Origin: Ancylonema sp.
Taxonomy: Eukaryota
DNA length: 45,063 bases
NCBI GenBank assembly: GCA_050230475.1
Contig: JBFLGF010000031.1
Span: 62,001 to 107,063 of the forward strand
Direction of reading: 5' to 3'
Below are positions 43,707-45,063 of the stretch, one piece after another; positions within the stretch are counted from its first letter, which is position 1, and every line of letters starts with the position of its first letter. A program made the position numbers and the translations under genes. Under the pieces are notes generated by a model, which saw only the letters and a program-made list of their open reading frames with translations, had not been told where the DNA came from and did no database searches.

Positions 43707-45063
43707 TCTTTAAAAACAAAAGACCTAAGTGACTCGGTGTAACCGATCCTTGTTTGGGTCCGCACTTTGCTGTTAGACCCAACTCATTCACGAGTTTCAA
43801 CTTCCACGATCGGAACGCAATTGCATCCGATCATTTGAACGCACTAATCGAACACAAGTCGGATCAGTCACCCAAAGCACTAAAAAGGCCGAAAAAGCAT
43901 TACCGTACCGACCAACTTTGATACGCCACTGATAAATTATTTGCGGCTGGGGTGGAGGACAGGGGGTAGGGGAGAATAAGATCATTGTGTTAAGAAAAGG
44001 GTGGGGTATTGAAGTTGCCCACTACATTATGTCCCCTCCCCGTCCCTCTCAATCGTTAAAAAAAAAACACTACTACGATTAAATATAGATCCTCTAAAAT
44101 GCCCTCCGTATGCCTAACACGGACGAACTACCGAGTGATCACGGTCCAATAAGGATAAGATTTGTTTTTTTACCGGCATACTCGAAGGGCCTCCAAATTT
44201 GACCACCACAACGGTTCGCCCGTTGAACCGTAACCGCACTTAACTCCAAAACGTTTGAATGAGATTGAAACACGTATTGTACAACCAAGAGGGCAAACAA
44301 CATGGGATTCCGCGGTTCGCGGTCCGGCCAGCCCCGACCTTGGATCTAGGTCCGTGCCTTTTGGCACGAATGCCGAATCGACGGCAGTCGGGTCCTCTCA
44401 ATTTTGAAGCGAAGGGTTTTTGGAGTAAAACATTTATGGGGAAAAAAAAGGGAAAAAGGGGATCAAAATCTCTCGTGCATTCATCAAGTATTTTCAAAAT
44501 ATGTATTTCCGGATAATTTCCCGCTACATCCGCTTTCCCGGGTAAAAATGCCTTGTATTTTTTTTTGCTAAGAACCTTCAGGTTCGATGTAGTCCCGACC
44601 CCGGATCCGTGCGGGCTTTCGTTCTAAAACCGGTTGGCGCCGGCTCGAACAACTATGACGAGCACCCAACACCTACACAGAAGATAGGATTTGTTCGGAA
44701 CTCGTTCCACACGTCTGTTATATTTTCTTGTCCATGGTTGGTTTTTCTTGTTCGTGTTACATCTTCTAACTCATTTCTTTAGAATGAGTAGAGTAGAAAT
44801 GGTTCATAAGGTTGTTTTTGTGTGCAATTACTTGTTTACAATTTGAAAATGGAGGAGAACATAGTTGGTCCCGGCCGCGTTCGGAGATCTCCGAGCACGT
44901 CACGGACACGTCCGGAAGACGTCCGGGACACATCCCGTATTTCCTTGACTCGGTTGCCTTCTCACTCATTCATGGCTCCTTTAAAAAAATAAAAATAAAA
45001 ATAAACTTCCCCTACCCATGACAACCTTAGGACAACCGAAAAATCGCAATGGTGTCATGACGC

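Noticed and set aside
41580..45063. Further gene or snRNA/tRNA in the right end
   Set aside because: No consistent exon chain and no recognisable RNA-gene signature.

Overview
Eukaryotic nuclear DNA, most likely a green plant or green alga: it has spliceosomal GT-AG introns and a homolog of a plastid fibrillin-like protein. Positions ~2.8-28.1 kb are a nested graveyard of LTR retrotransposons. It holds three chromovirus-type Ty3/Gypsy elements plus a solo LTR, an older Gypsy-like host split by insertions and a local inversion, and two Ty1/Copia elements nested one inside the other. Decayed, intronless trypsin-like peptidase copies lie between them. Positions 29.4-30.5 kb hold nested DNA-transposon MITEs. 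The right third has host genes: a spliced fibrillin-like gene (+, one in-frame TAG, ~1.1 kb 12-bp satellite in an intron), an intact 5-exon PhyH-family dioxygenase (-) and a disrupted intronless F-box/LRR gene (+). Most notable signals: (1) tRNA-independent self-priming sites in the Gypsy elements, supported by compensatory sequence changes, with an extra co-varying hairpin at the U3/R border; (2) an inversion flanked by a 730-bp inverted duplication that can be reconstructed base by base; (3) TG...TA Copia elements with half-tRNAiMet PBS, three zinc knuckles and a conserved 3'-UTR splice acceptor; (4) in-frame TAG/TAA codons in host genes at positions that read well as Gln. All assignments come from reading the sequence by eye; no database search was run.
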